In this document: piece after piece, positions 11,030 through 28,134 of the stretch
Layout: every line of letters starts with the position of its first letter
Numbering within the stretch: the first letter of the stretch is position 1
From: Callorhinchus milii
Taxonomy: Eukaryota
Direction: 5' to 3'
Length of the DNA stretch: 52,272 nt
Assembly: GCF_018977255.1 (NCBI RefSeq)
Contig: NW_024705351.1
Span: 1-52,272 of the forward strand
The notes under the pieces: model-generated
The model's database searches: none
What the model was told of the DNA's origin: nothing
Seen by the model: the letters and a program-made list of their open reading frames with translations, nothing else
Translations under genes and position numbers: made by a program

Positions 11030-12876
11030 AGTCCTGGAATGTGCACGTTTGTTTCTCTGTTAGATCAATGTATTAGGTGCAATTGATAATATCAGTGATT
11101 TCCAGCACTACTCCAACCTAGTGTAATTATTTTAACAAAACCGTTTGATTGCTCTGTGTGTTGGAAGCATTTTCACAGTCAGTAACACTTCACAGGCATC
11201 ATCAAACAAAGAGTAAAAATGTTGTCATGAGTCCTCAACGAAATTCCTCTTTCGACCCCATGCAGTTGCATCCTGAGATATGGCTTGATGTAGTGGAGTA
11301 TTCGTGTCTCATATATATTTTTCGGTGATTTCTAGGACTTCAAGCTAGAGTGATGTTGTGAATGCTCTATAATGTGTTCAGATGAATGTCTTCCTTTAAG
11401 TTCCAGAAGTGTTCACGGATTTCAGAATGACAACAATTTTATACTTTGGACGAATGGCTTCAGTCGAAAAGGACGTCAAAGGGAAATCGACGTTTACGTG
11501 TTTGATTTTAAGAATATATTTTAACTGTTGAATTCCTATTGGGAAATAATTTGCCTAGTTCCTTTCCTGTTTGAGCCTGCGTATTAATAAAGATTTCGAT
11601 ACGATTATACGAGTATTAACGTGAGCTTTCTTGCAGATTAATAAAGACCTGTTTTTAAAGATGACTGATCGTACGTTATTGCTACCATAGTTTTCCTTAA
11701 AAAAACACGGACGAGTAGACATACACACACGAGTGTGCATCCAAACACGACTGTATATACAGCGGTGTGCATTCACACACGAGTGTGCATGTGTTTCTAC
11801 GCTGTTTTCATTCATTTCGCACCACGAGCGGGGAGTCTCATCCCTGTAGTTCCCTGTTGTGGTGGCGCATTCCTACCACGTTGCCCCTCAATTATTACGT
11901 TTCCCTTAAATGATTTGTACGACACAATATAAAAATAATTTGTTTGTTCCAATACATAATCATACACGAGTACACATATACACTCCCATGTACACACACC
12001 CACACACGAGTGGACATACACAGCAGTGTAAGTACAAAGGGATTGCGTTCGACTACGCGAACAAATGCAGAATTTTTAATATAAAACACTCGTTTTCTAG
12101 AAACACCCCGCTCAACACGATTGTACTTAAATATATTTATAAAACAAAGTCAGTACAGTATAAACTTGCACATCTTATTCCAAATCAAGCTCGAGATCAC
12201 CAATTTTGATACTTCAGACTGTATGTCACTTTATCATCCTCTAAACTTGCAGCAGTTTAGAGGACATTGGGGGTGAATATTAGCAAATTAACACGAATCA
12301 TGGAATTATGCATAGAGATGCACATCCGTATTCAAACGGAAGTGTACAATTATTCAGTGATATGTACATACGTATTATGTTGCTAGATATGCGGATTGTT
12401 AATGTAAAAATTAACAATTGAATGCAAATTCCATAATAGGCCAAGTCGAGAACAAAGAATTTGGATGCTAGAGCGGAATTATAAAGGGCTTAAAATCAGA
12501 CCTCAAGGGCATTTCGAGAGGGATTTTGATGAGCATAGACGCTCGACTCCCCGCTCTGCAGATAACCCTTCTTCCACGAGACCCAGCCTGGCGAGCACGA
12601 TTGCTTGGCGACTGGTTGGGGACTTTGCTTCGGGAGAGTTCGTGGCGATCTCTTCAGACGGGTTACAGGGACATCGATACGCCGTGCATCAACAAGTAAG
12701 TGTCTTTGTTAGTGGATAAACTGGTAATCGCGTGTGTATTCCGACTTCCGAGACGTTACTGTGACTCGGTTAAACGTTAGTGAGAGTTGTTTTTTGGCGA
12801 TTTGAGCCAGACATCCACGAACCTTAGAGGTCGCCTTTAACTCTCAACAACACCCGCGACTGTTTCTCTGCTCTGA

Positions 12877-14336
<1,460 letters not shown>

Positions 14337-16130
14337 AGTCCTGGAATGTGCACGTTTGTTTCTCTGTTAGATCAATGTATTAGGTGCAATTGATAATATC
14401 AGTGATTTCCAGCACTACTCCAACCTAGTGTAATTATTTTAACAAAACCGTTTGATTGCTCTGTGTGTTGGAAGCATTTTCACAGTCAGTAACACTTCAC
14501 AGGCATCATCAAACAAAGAGTAAAAATGTTGTCATGAGTCCTCAACGAAATTCCTCTTTCGACCCCATGCAGTTGCATCCTGAGATATGGCTTGATGTAG
14601 TGGAGTATTCGTGTCTCATATATATTTTTCGGTGATTTCTAGGACTTCAAGCTAGAGTGATGTTGTGAATGCTCTATAATGTGTTCAGATGAATGTCTTC
14701 CTTTAAGTTCCAGAAGTGTTCACGGATTTCAGAATGACAACAATTTTATACTTTGGACGAATGGCTTCAGTCGAAAAGGACGTCAAAGAGGAAATCGACG
14801 TTTACGTGTTTGATTTTAAGAATATATTTTAACTGTTGAATTCCTATTGGGAAATAATTTGCCTAGTTCCTTTCCTGTTTGAGCATGCGTATTAATAAAG
14901 ATTTCGATACGAGTATTAACGTGAGCTTTCTTGCAGATTAATAAAGACCTGTTTTTAAAGATGACTGATCGTACGTTATTGCTACCATAGTTTTCCTTTA
15001 AAAAAACACGGACGAGTAGACATACACACACGAGTGTGCATCCAAACACGACTGTATATACAGCGGTGTGCATTCACACACGAGTGTGCATGTGTTTCTA
15101 CGCTGTTTTCATTCATTTCGCACCACGAGCGGGGAGTCTCATCCCTGTAGTTCCCTGTTGTGGTGGCGCATTCCTACCACGTTGCCCCTCAATTATTTGT
15201 ACGACACAATATAAAAATAATTTGTTTGTTCCAATACATAATCATACACGAGTACACATACACTCTCATGTACACACACCCACACACGAGTGGACATACA
15301 CAGCAGTGTAAGTACAAAGGGATTGCGTTCGACTACGCGAACAAATGGCAGAATTTTTAATATAAAACACTCGTTTTCTAGAAACACCCCGCTCAACACG
15401 ATTGTACTTAAATATATTTATAAAACAAAGTCAGTACAGTATAAACTTGCACATCTTATTCCAAATCAAGCTCGAGATCACCAATTTTGATACTTCAGAC
15501 TGTATGTCACTTTATCATCCTCTAAACTTGCAGCAGTTTAGAGGACATTGGGGGGTGAATATTAGCAAATTAACACGAATCATGGAATTATGCATAGAGA
15601 TGCACATCCGTATTCAAACGGAAGTGTACAATTATTCAGTGATATGTACATACGTATTATGTTGCTAGATATGCGGATTGTTAATGTAAAAATTAACAAT
15701 TGAATGCAAATTCCATAATAGGCCAAGTCGAGAACAAAGAATTTGGATGCTAGAGCGGAATTATAAAGGGCTTAAAATCAGACCTCAAGGGCATTTCGAG
15801 AGGGATTTTGATGAGCATAGACGCTCGACTCCCCGCTCTGCAGATAACCCTTCTTCCACGAGACCCAGCCTGGCGAGCACGATTGCTTGGCGACTGGTTG
15901 GGGACTTTGCTTCGGGAGAGTTCGTGGCGATCTCTTCAGACGGGTTACAGGGACATCGATACGCCGTGCATCAACAAGTAAGTGTCTTTGTTAGTGGATA
16001 AACTGGTAATCGCGTGTGTATTCCGACTTCCGAGACGTTACTGTGACTCGGTTAGACGTTAGTGAGAGTTGCTTTTTGGCGATTTGAGCCAGACATCCAC
16101 GAAGTTTCTCTGCTCTGAAAAATCAGTCAC

Positions 16131-17670
16131 ATGGAGCAGAAAAACTCTCCACAGCGGCACGCACACACGGGTAAGAAGCCATTCAATTGCGCTGTGTGCG
16201 GGAAGGCATTTGCAGATTCATCAACTCTTCGCAATCACCAAAAAACACACTCGGGTGAGAAGCCATTCAATTGCTCTGTTTGTGTGAAGGCATTTGCCCG
16301 TAAAGCAGATCTTCACACTCACCAAAAACACACACGGGCGAGAAGCCGTTCAATTGCGCTGTGTGCTGGAAGGCATTTGCACGGAAATCAGATCTTCACA
16401 AGCACCAGAAAACACACACGGGCGAGAAGCCGTTCCATTGCTCTGTGTGTGGGAAGTCATTTGCAGATTCATCAACTCATCACAAGCACCAGAAAACACA
16501 CACGGGCGAGAAGCCGTTCAATTGCTCTGTGTGCGGGAAGTCATTTGCAGATTCATCAACTCTTCGCAATCACCAAAAAACACACACGGGTGAGAAGCCA
16601 TTCAATTGCTCTGTTTGTGTGAAGGCATTTGCCCGTAAAGCAGATCTTCACACTCACCAAAACACACACACGGGCGAGAAGCCGTTCAATTGCGCTGTGT
16701 GCTGGAAGGCATTTGCAGATTCATCAACTCATCACAAGCACCAGAAAACACACACGGGCGAGAAGCCGTTCAATTGCTCTGTGTGTGGAAGTCATTTGCA
16801 GATTCATCAACTCTTCACAAGCACCAGAAAACACACACGGGCGAGAAGCCGTTCAATTGCTCTGTGTGGGTGAAGGCATTTGCCCGTAAAGCAGATCTTC
16901 ACACTCACCAAAAGCATACTGCACATGTGTGAAGCATTTGTCACGAAAGCAGATCTTCACAAGCACCAAAAACACACACGGGCGAGAAGCCGTTCAATTG
17001 CTCTGTGTGTGGGAAGTCATTTGCAGATTCATCAACTCATCACAAGCACCAGAAAACACACACGGGCGAGAAGCCGTTCAATTGCTCTGTGTGCGGGAAG
17101 TCATTTGCAGATTCATCAACTCTTCGCAATCACCAAAAAACACACTCGGGTGAGAAGCCATTCAATTGCTCTGTTTGTGTGAAGGCATTTGCCCGTAAAG
17201 CAGATCTTCACACTCACCAAAAAACACACACGGGCGAGAAGCCGTTCAATTGCTCTCTGTGTGGGAAGCCATTTTCACGGAAATCAAATCTTCATCGTCA
17301 CCAGGAAACACACACGGACGATAAGCCATTCAATTGTTCTCCGTTGGAGAGGACACGGTCATCACCCCGAAACAAGCATAAGAAGATCCGCAATGATAGG
17401 AAAGTGAAATCAAAAGGAGAAATACAGAGTGCTGCAATGAGTCCTGAAAAAAATGCATCTTTCGAACCTATGCAGGTGGATCCTGAGAGATGCATGGATG
17501 TAATGAGTCCTGACGACAATTCCTATTTCGACCCCATGCAGTTGGATCCTGCGAGATGGCTGGATGTACTGAGCCCTGACGACAATTCCTATTTCGACCC
17601 CATGCAGGTTGATAATGAGAAATGGCTGCTGGAGTGGCTGGATAATCAAAGTACTGAGAACTTCTGTTAA
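16131..17670 (+). CDS. ZF gene copy 5, type B, expanded to ~13-14 fingers, several indels
   Basis: 1540 bp. ORFs 16131..16622, 16361..16873 and 17005..17670. Confidence 0.72.
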
Positions 17671-19464
17671 AGTCCTGGAATGTGCACGTTTGTTTCTCTG
17701 TTAGATCAATGTATTAGGTGCAATTGATAATATCAGTGATTTCCAGCACTACTCCAACCTAGTGTAATTATTTTAACAAAACCGTTTGATTGCTCTGTGT
17801 GTTGGAAGCATTTTCACAGTCAGTAACACTTCACAGGCATCATCAAACAAAGAGTAAAAATGTTGTCATGAGTCCTCAACGAAATTCCTCTTTCGACCCC
17901 ATGCAGTTGCATCCTGAGATATGGCTTGATGTAGTGGAGTATTCGTGTCTCATATATATTTTTCGGTGATTTCTAGGACTTCAAGCTAGAGTGATGTTGT
18001 GAATGCTCTATAATGTGTTCAGATGAATGTCTTCCTTTAAGTTCCAGAAGTGTTCACGGATTTCAGAATGACAACAATTTTATACTTTGGACGAATGGCT
18101 TCAGTCGAAAAGGACGTCAAAGAGGAAATCGACGTTTACGTGTTTGATTTTAAGAATATATTTTAACTGTTGAATTCCTATTGGGAAATAATTTGCCTAG
18201 TTCCTTTCCTGTTTGAGCATGCGTATTAATAAAGATTTCGATACGAGTATTAACGTGAGCTTTCTTGCAGATTAATAAAGACCTGTTTTTAAAGATGACT
18301 GATCGTACGTTATTGCTACCATAGTTTTCCTTTAAAAAAACACGGACGAGTAGACATACACACACGAGTGTGCATCCAAACACGACTGTATATACAGCGG
18401 TGTGCATTCACACACGAGTGTGCATGTGTTTCTACGCTGTTTTCATTCATTTCGCACCACGAGCGGGGAGTCTCATCCCTGTAGTTCCCTGTTGTGGTGG
18501 CGCATTCCTACCACGTTGCCCCTCAATTATTTGTACGACACAATATAAAAATAATTTGTTTGTTCCAATACATAATCATACACGAGTACACATACACTCT
18601 CATGTACACACACCCACACACGAGTGGACATACACAGCAGTGTAAGTACAAAGGGATTGCGTTCGACTACGCGAACAAATGGCAGAATTTTTAATATAAA
18701 ACACTCGTTTTCTAGAAACACCCCGCTCAACACGATTGTACTTAAATATATTTATAAAACAAAGTCAGTACAGTATAAACTTGCACATCTTATTCCAAAT
18801 CAAGCTCGAGATCACCAATTTTGATACTTCAGACTGTATGTCACTTTATCATCCTCTAAACTTGCAGCAGTTTAGAGGACATTGGGGGGTGAATATTAGC
18901 AAATTAACACGAATCATGGAATTATGCATAGAGATGCACATCCGTATTCAAACGGAAGTGTACAATTATTCAGTGATATGTACATACGTATTATGTTGCT
19001 AGATATGCGGATTGTTAATGTAAAAATTAACAATTGAATGCAAATTCCATAATAGGCCAAGTCGAGAACAAAGAATTTGGATGCTAGAGCGGAATTATAA
19101 AGGGCTTAAAATCAGACCTCAAGGGCATTTCGAGAGGGATTTTGATGAGCATAGACGCTCGACTCCCCGCTCTGCAGATAACCCTTCTTCCACGAGACCC
19201 AGCCTGGCGAGCACGATTGCTTGGCGACTGGTTGGGGACTTTGCTTCGGGAGAGTTCGTGGCGATCTCTTCAGACGGGTTACAGGGACATCGATACGCCG
19301 TGCATCAACAAGTAAGTGTCTTTGTTAGTGGATAAACTGGTAATCGCGTGTGTATTCCGACTTCCGAGACGTTACTGTGACTCGGTTAGACGTTAGTGAG
19401 AGTTGCTTTTTGGCGATTTGAGCCAGACATCCACGAAGTTTCTCTGCTCTGAAAAATCAGTCAC

Positions 19465-20684
<1,220 letters not shown>

Positions 20685-22475
20685 AGTCCTGGAATGTGCA
20701 CGTTTGTTCTCTGTTAGATCAATGTATTAGGTGCAATTGATATATCAGTGATTTCCAGCACTACTCCAACCTAGTGTAATTATTTTAACAAAACCGTTTG
20801 ATTGCTCTGTGTGTTGGAAGCATTTTCACAGTCAGTAACACTTCACAGGCATCATCAAACAAAGAGTAAAAATGTTGTCATGAGTCCTCAACGAAATTCC
20901 TCTTTCGACCCCATGCAGTTGCATCCTGAGATATGGCTTGATGTAGTGGAGTATTCGTGTCTCATATATATTTTTCGGTGATTTCTAGGACTTCAAGCTA
21001 GAGTGATGTTGTGAATGCTCTATAATGTGTTCAGATGAATGTCTTCCTTTAAGTTCCAGAAGTGTTCACGGATTTCAGAATGACAACAATTTTATACTTT
21101 GGACGAATGGCTTCAGTCGAAAAGGACGTCAAAGGGGAAATCGACGTTTACGTGTTTGATTTTAAGAATATATTTTAACTGTTGAATTCCTATTGGGAAA
21201 TAATTTGCCTAGTTCCTTTCCTGTTTGAGCCTGCGTATTAATAAAGATTTCGATACGAGTATTAACGTGAGCTTTCTTGCAGATTAATAAAGACCTGTTT
21301 TTAAAGATGACTGATCGTACGTTATTGCTACCATAGTTTTCCTTTAAAAAACACGGACGAGTAGACATACACACACGAGTGTGCATCCAAACACGACTGT
21401 ATATACAGCGGTGTGCATTCACACACGAGTGTGCATGTGTTTCTACGCTGTTTTCATTCATTTCGCACCACGAGCGGGGAGTCTCATCCCTGTAGTTCCC
21501 TGTTGTGGTGGCGCATTCCTACCACGTTGCCCCTCAATTATTTGTACGACACAATATAAAAATAATTTGTTTGTTCCAATACATAATCATACACGAGTAC
21601 ACATACACTCTCATGTACACACACCCACACACGAGTGGACATACACAGCAGTGTAAGTACAAAGGGATTGCGTTCGACTACGCGAACAAATGGCAGAATT
21701 TTTAATATAAAACACTCGTTTTCTAGAAACACCCCGCTCAACACGATTGTACTTAAATATATTTATAAAACAAAGTCAGTACAGTATAAACTTGCACATC
21801 TTATTCCAAATCAAGCTCGAGATCACCAATTTTGATACTTCAGACTGTATGTCACTTTATCATCCTCTAAACTTGCAGCAGTTTAGAGGACATTGGGGGG
21901 TGAATATTAGCAAATTAACACGAATCATGGAATTATGCATAGAGATGCACATCCGTATTCAAACGGAAGTGTACAATTATTCAGTGATATGTACATACGT
22001 ATTATGTTGCTAGATATGCGGATTGTTAATGTAAAAATTAACAATTGAATGCAAATTCCATAATAGGCCAAGTCGAGAACAAAGAATTTGGATGCTAGAG
22101 CGGAATTATAAAGGGCTTAAAATCAGACCTCAAGGGCATTTCGAGAGGGATTTTGATGAGCATAGACGCTCGACTCCCCGCTCTGCAGATAACCCTTCTT
22201 CCACGAGACCCAGCCTGGCGAGCACGATTGCTTGGCGACTGGTTGGGGACTTTGCTTCGGGAGAGTTCGTGGCGATCTCTTCAGACGGGTTACAGGGACA
22301 TCGATACGCCGTGCATCAACAAGTAAGTGTCTTTGTTAGTGGATAAACTGGTAATCGCGTGTGTATTCCGACTTCCGAGACGTTACTGTGACTCGGTTAA
22401 ACGTTAGTGAGAGTTGCTTTTTGGCGATTTGAGCCAGACATCCACGAAGTTTCTCTGCTCTGAAAAATCAGTCAC

Positions 22476-23571
<1,096 letters not shown>

Positions 23572-25361
23572 AGTCCTGGAATGTGCACGTTTGTTTCTCT
23601 GTTAGATCAATGTATTAGGTGCAATTGATATATCAGTGATTTCCAGCACTACTCCAACCTAGTGTAATTATTTTAACAAAACCGTTTGATTGCTCTGTGT
23701 GTTGGAAGCATTTTCACAGTCAGTAACACTTCACAGGCATCATCAAACAAAGAGTAAAAATGTTGTCATGAGTCCTCAACGAAATTCCTCTTTCGACCCC
23801 ATGCAGTTGCATCCTGAGATATGGCTTGATGTAGTGGAGTATTCGTGTCTCATATATATTTTTCGGTGATTTCTAGGACTTCAAGCTAGAGTGATGTTGT
23901 GAATGCTCTATAATGTGTTCAGATGAATGTCTTCCTTTAAGTTCGAGAAGTGTTCACGGATTTCAGAATGACAACAATTTTATACTTAGGACGAATGGCT
24001 TCAGTCGAAAAGGACGTCAAAGGGGAAATCGACGTTTACGTGTTTGATTTTAAGAATATATTTTAACTGTTGAATTCCTATTGGGAAATAATTTGCCTAG
24101 TTCCTTTCCTGTTTGAGCATGCGTATTAATAAAGATTTCGATACGAGTATTAACGTGAGCTTTCTTGCAGATTAATAAAGACCTGTTTTTAAAGATGACT
24201 CATCGTACGTTATTGCTACCATAGTTTTCCTTTAAAAAACACGGACGAGTAGACATACACACACGAGTGTGCATCCAAACACGACTGTATATACAGCGGT
24301 GTGCATTCACACACGAGTGTGCATGTGTTTCTACGCTGTTTTCATTCATTTCGCACCACGAGCGGGGAGTCTCATCCCTGTAGTTCCCTGTTGTGGTGGC
24401 GCATTCCTACCACGTTGCCCCTCAATTATTTGTACGACACAATATAAAAATAATTTGTTTGTTCCAATACATAATCATACACGAGTACACATACACTCTC
24501 ATGTACACACACCCACACACGAGTGGACATACACAGCAGTGTAAGTACAAAGGGATTGCGTTCGACTACACGAACAAATGGCAGAATTTTTAATATAAAA
24601 CACTCGTTTTCTAGAAACACCCCGCTCAACACGATTGTCCTTAAATATATTTATAAAACAAAGTCAGTACAGTATAAACTTGCACATCTTATTCCAAATC
24701 AAGCTCGAGATCACCAATTTTGATACTTCAGACTGTATGTCACTTTATCATCCTCTAAACTTGCAGCAGTTTAGAGGACATTGGGGGTGAATATTAGCAA
24801 ATTAACACGAATCATGGAATTATGCATAGAGATGCACATCCGTATTCAAACGGAAGTGTACAATTATTCAGTGATATGTACATACGTATTATGTTGCTAG
24901 ATATGCGGATTGTTAATGTAAAAATTAACAATTGAATGCAAATTCCATAATAGGCCAAGTCGAGAACAAAGAATTTGGATGCTAGAGCAGAATTATAAAG
25001 GGCTTAAAATCAGACCTCAAGGGCATTTCGAGAGGGATTTTGATGAGCATAGACGCTCGACTCCCCGCTCTGCAGATAACCCTTCTTCCACGAGACCCAG
25101 CCTGGCGAGCACGATTGCTTGGCGACTGGTTGGGGACTTTGCTTCGGGAGAGTTCGTGGCGATCTCTTCAGACGGGTTACAGGGACATCGATACGCCGTG
25201 CATCAACAAGTAAGTGTCTTTGTTAGTGGATAAACTGGTAATCGCGTGTGTATTCCGACTTCCGAGACGTTACTGTGACTCGGTTAACGTTAGTGAGAGT
25301 TGCTTTTTGGCGATTTGAGCCAGACATCCACGAAGTTTCTCTGCTCTGAAAAATCAGTCAC

Positions 25362-26341
25362 ATGGAGCAGAAAAACTCTCCACAGCGGCACGCACACACG
25401 GGTAAGAAGCCATTCAATTGCGCTGTGTGCGGGAAGGCATTTGCAGATTCATCAACTCTTCGCAATCACCAAAAAACACACTCGGGTGAGAAGCCATTCA
25501 ATTGCTCTGTTTGTGTGAAGGCATTTGCCCGTAAAGCAGATCTTCACACTCACCAAAAACACACACGGGCGAGAAGCCGTTCAATTGCGCTGTGTGCTGG
25601 AAGGCATTTGCACGGAAATCAGATCTTCACAAGCACCAGAAAACACACACGGGCGAGAAGCCGTTCAATTGCTCTGTGTGTGGGAAGTCATTTGCAGATT
25701 CATCAACTCATCACAAGCACCAGAAAACACACACGGGCGAGAAGCCGTTCAATTGCTCTGTGTGCGGGAAGTCATTTGCAGATTCATCAACTCTTCGCAA
25801 TCACCAAAAAACACACTCGGGTGAGAAGCCATTCAATTGCTCTGTTTGTGTGAAGGCATTTGCCCGTAAAGCAGATCTTCACACTCACCAAAAAACACAC
25901 ACGGGCGAGAAGCCGTTCAATTGCTCTCTGTGTGGGAAGCCATTTTCACGGAAATCAAATCTTCATCGTCACCAGGAAACACACACGGACGATAAGCCAT
26001 TCAATTGTTCTCCGTTGGAGAGGACACGGTCATCACCCCGAAACAAGCATGAGAAGATCCGCAATGATAGGAAAGTGAAATCAAAAGGAGAAATACAGAG
26101 TGCTGCAATGAGTCCTGAAAAAAATGCATCTTTCGAACCTATGCAGGTGGATCCTGAGAGATGCATGGATGTAATGAGTCCTGACGACAATTCCTATTTC
26201 GACCCCATGCAGTTGGATCCTGCGAGATGGCTGGATGTACTGAGCCCTGACGACAATTCCTATTTCGACCCCATGCAGGTTGATAATGAGAAATGGCTGC
26301 TGGAGTGGCTGGATAATCAAAGTATTGAGAACTTCTGTTAA
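25362..26341 (+). CDS. ZF gene copy 8, type B, 7 fingers (single A-run frameshift)
   Basis: ORFs 25362..25853 and 25592..26341. 980 bp versus 981 bp intact. Confidence 0.85.
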
Positions 26342-27622
26342 AGTCCTGGAATGTGCACGTTTGTTTCTCTGTTAGATCAATGTATTAGGTGCAATTGATA
26401 ATATCAGTGATTTCCAGCACTACTCCAACCTAGTGTAATTCTTTTAACAAAACCGTTTGATTGCTCTGTGTGTTGGAAGCATTTTCACAGTCAGTAACAC
26501 TTCACAGGCATCATCAAACAAAGAGTAAAAATGTTGTCATGAGTCCTCAACGAAATTCCTCTTTCGACCCCATGCAGTTGCATCCTGAGATATGGCTTGA
26601 TGTAGTGGAGTATTCGTGTCTCATATATATTTTTCGGTGATTTCTAGGACTTCAAGCTAGAGTGATGTTGTGAATGCTCTATAATGTGTTCAGATGAATG
26701 TCTTCCTTTAAGTTCCAGAAGTGTTCACGGATTTCAGAATGACAACAATTTTATACTTTGGACGAATGGCTTCAGTCGAAAAGGACGTCAAAGGGAAATC
26801 GACGTTTACGTGTTTGATTTTAAGAATATATTTTAACTGTTGAATTCCTATTGGGAAATAATTTGCCTAGTTCCTTTCCTGTTTGAGCATGCGTATTAAT
26901 AAAGATTTCGATACGAGTATTAACGTGAGCTTTCTTGCAGATTAATAAAGACCTGTTTTTAAAGATGACTGATCGTACGTTATTGCTACCATAGTTTTCC
27001 TTTAAAAAACACGGACGAGTAGACATACACACACGAGTGTGCATCCAAACACGACTGTATATACAGCGGTGTGCATTCACACACGAGTGTGCATGTGTTT
27101 CTACGCTGTTTTCATTCATTTCGCACCACGAGCGGGGAGTCTCATCCCTGTAGTTCCCTGTTGTGGTGGCGCATTCCTACCACGTTGCCCCTCAATTATT
27201 TGTACGACACAATATAAAAATAATTTGTTTGTTCCAATACATAATCATACACGAGTACACAAATACACTCCATGTACACACACCCACACACGAGTGGACA
27301 TACACAGCAGTGTAAGTACAAAGGGATTGCGTTCGACTACGCGAACAAATGGCAGAATTTTTAATATAAAACACTCGTTTTCTAGAAACACCCCGCTCAA
27401 CACGATTGTACTTAAATATATTTATAAAACAAAGTCAGTACAGTATAAACTTGCACATCTTATTCCAAATCAAGCTCGAGATCACCAATTTTGATACTTC
27501 AGACTGTATGTCACTTTATCATCCTCTAAACTTGCAGCAGTTTAGAGGACATTGGGGGGTGAATATTAGCAAATTAACACGAATCATGGAATTATGCATA
27601 GAGATGCACATCCGTATTCAAA

Positions 27623-27801
27623 CGGAAGTGTACAATTATTCAGTGATATGTACATACGTATTATGTTGCTAGATATGCGGATTGTTAATGTAAAAATTAA
27701 CAATTGAATGCAAATTCCATAATAGGCCAAGTCGAGAACAAAGAATTTGGATGCTAGAGCAGAATTATAAAGGGCTTAAAATCAGACCTCAAGGGCATTT
27801 C
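27623..27801 (+). promoter_or_regulatory. Proximal promoter of type B units (example copy 9): ETS, Sox-like, octamer, TATA, Inr-like
   Basis: CGGAAGTG 27623, ATTGTT 27681, AACAAT 27699, ATGCAAAT 27708, TATAAA 27766, GCATTTC with A at 27797 (31 bp after TATA). Repeated in nearly every short unit. Confidence 0.5.
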
Positions 27802-27981
27802 GAGAGGGATTTTGATGAGCATAGACGCTCGACTCCCCGCTCTGCAGATAACCCTTCTTCCACGAGACCCAGCCTGGCGAGCACGATTGCTTGGCGACTG
27901 GTTGGGGACTTTGCTTCGGGAGAGTTCGTGGCGATCTCTTCAGACGGGTTACAGGGACATCGATACGCCGTGCATCAACAA

Positions 27982-28130
27982 GTAAGTGTCTTTGTTAGTG
28001 GATAAACTGGTAATCGCGTGTGTATTCCGACTTCCGAGACGTTACTGTGACTCGGTTAGACGTTAGTGAGAGTTGCTTTTTGGCGATTTGAGCCAGACAT
28101 CCACGAAGTTTCTCTGCTCTGAAAAATCAG
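27982..28130 (+). other. Probable 5' intron (example copy 9; 4619-4808 in copy 2)
   Basis: Consensus donor CAA|GTAAGT in all complete copies. Candidate acceptors TTTCTCTGCTCTGAAAAATCAG (ends 28130) or CTCTCCACAG (ends 28158). Confidence 0.6.
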
Positions 28131-28134
28131 TCAC

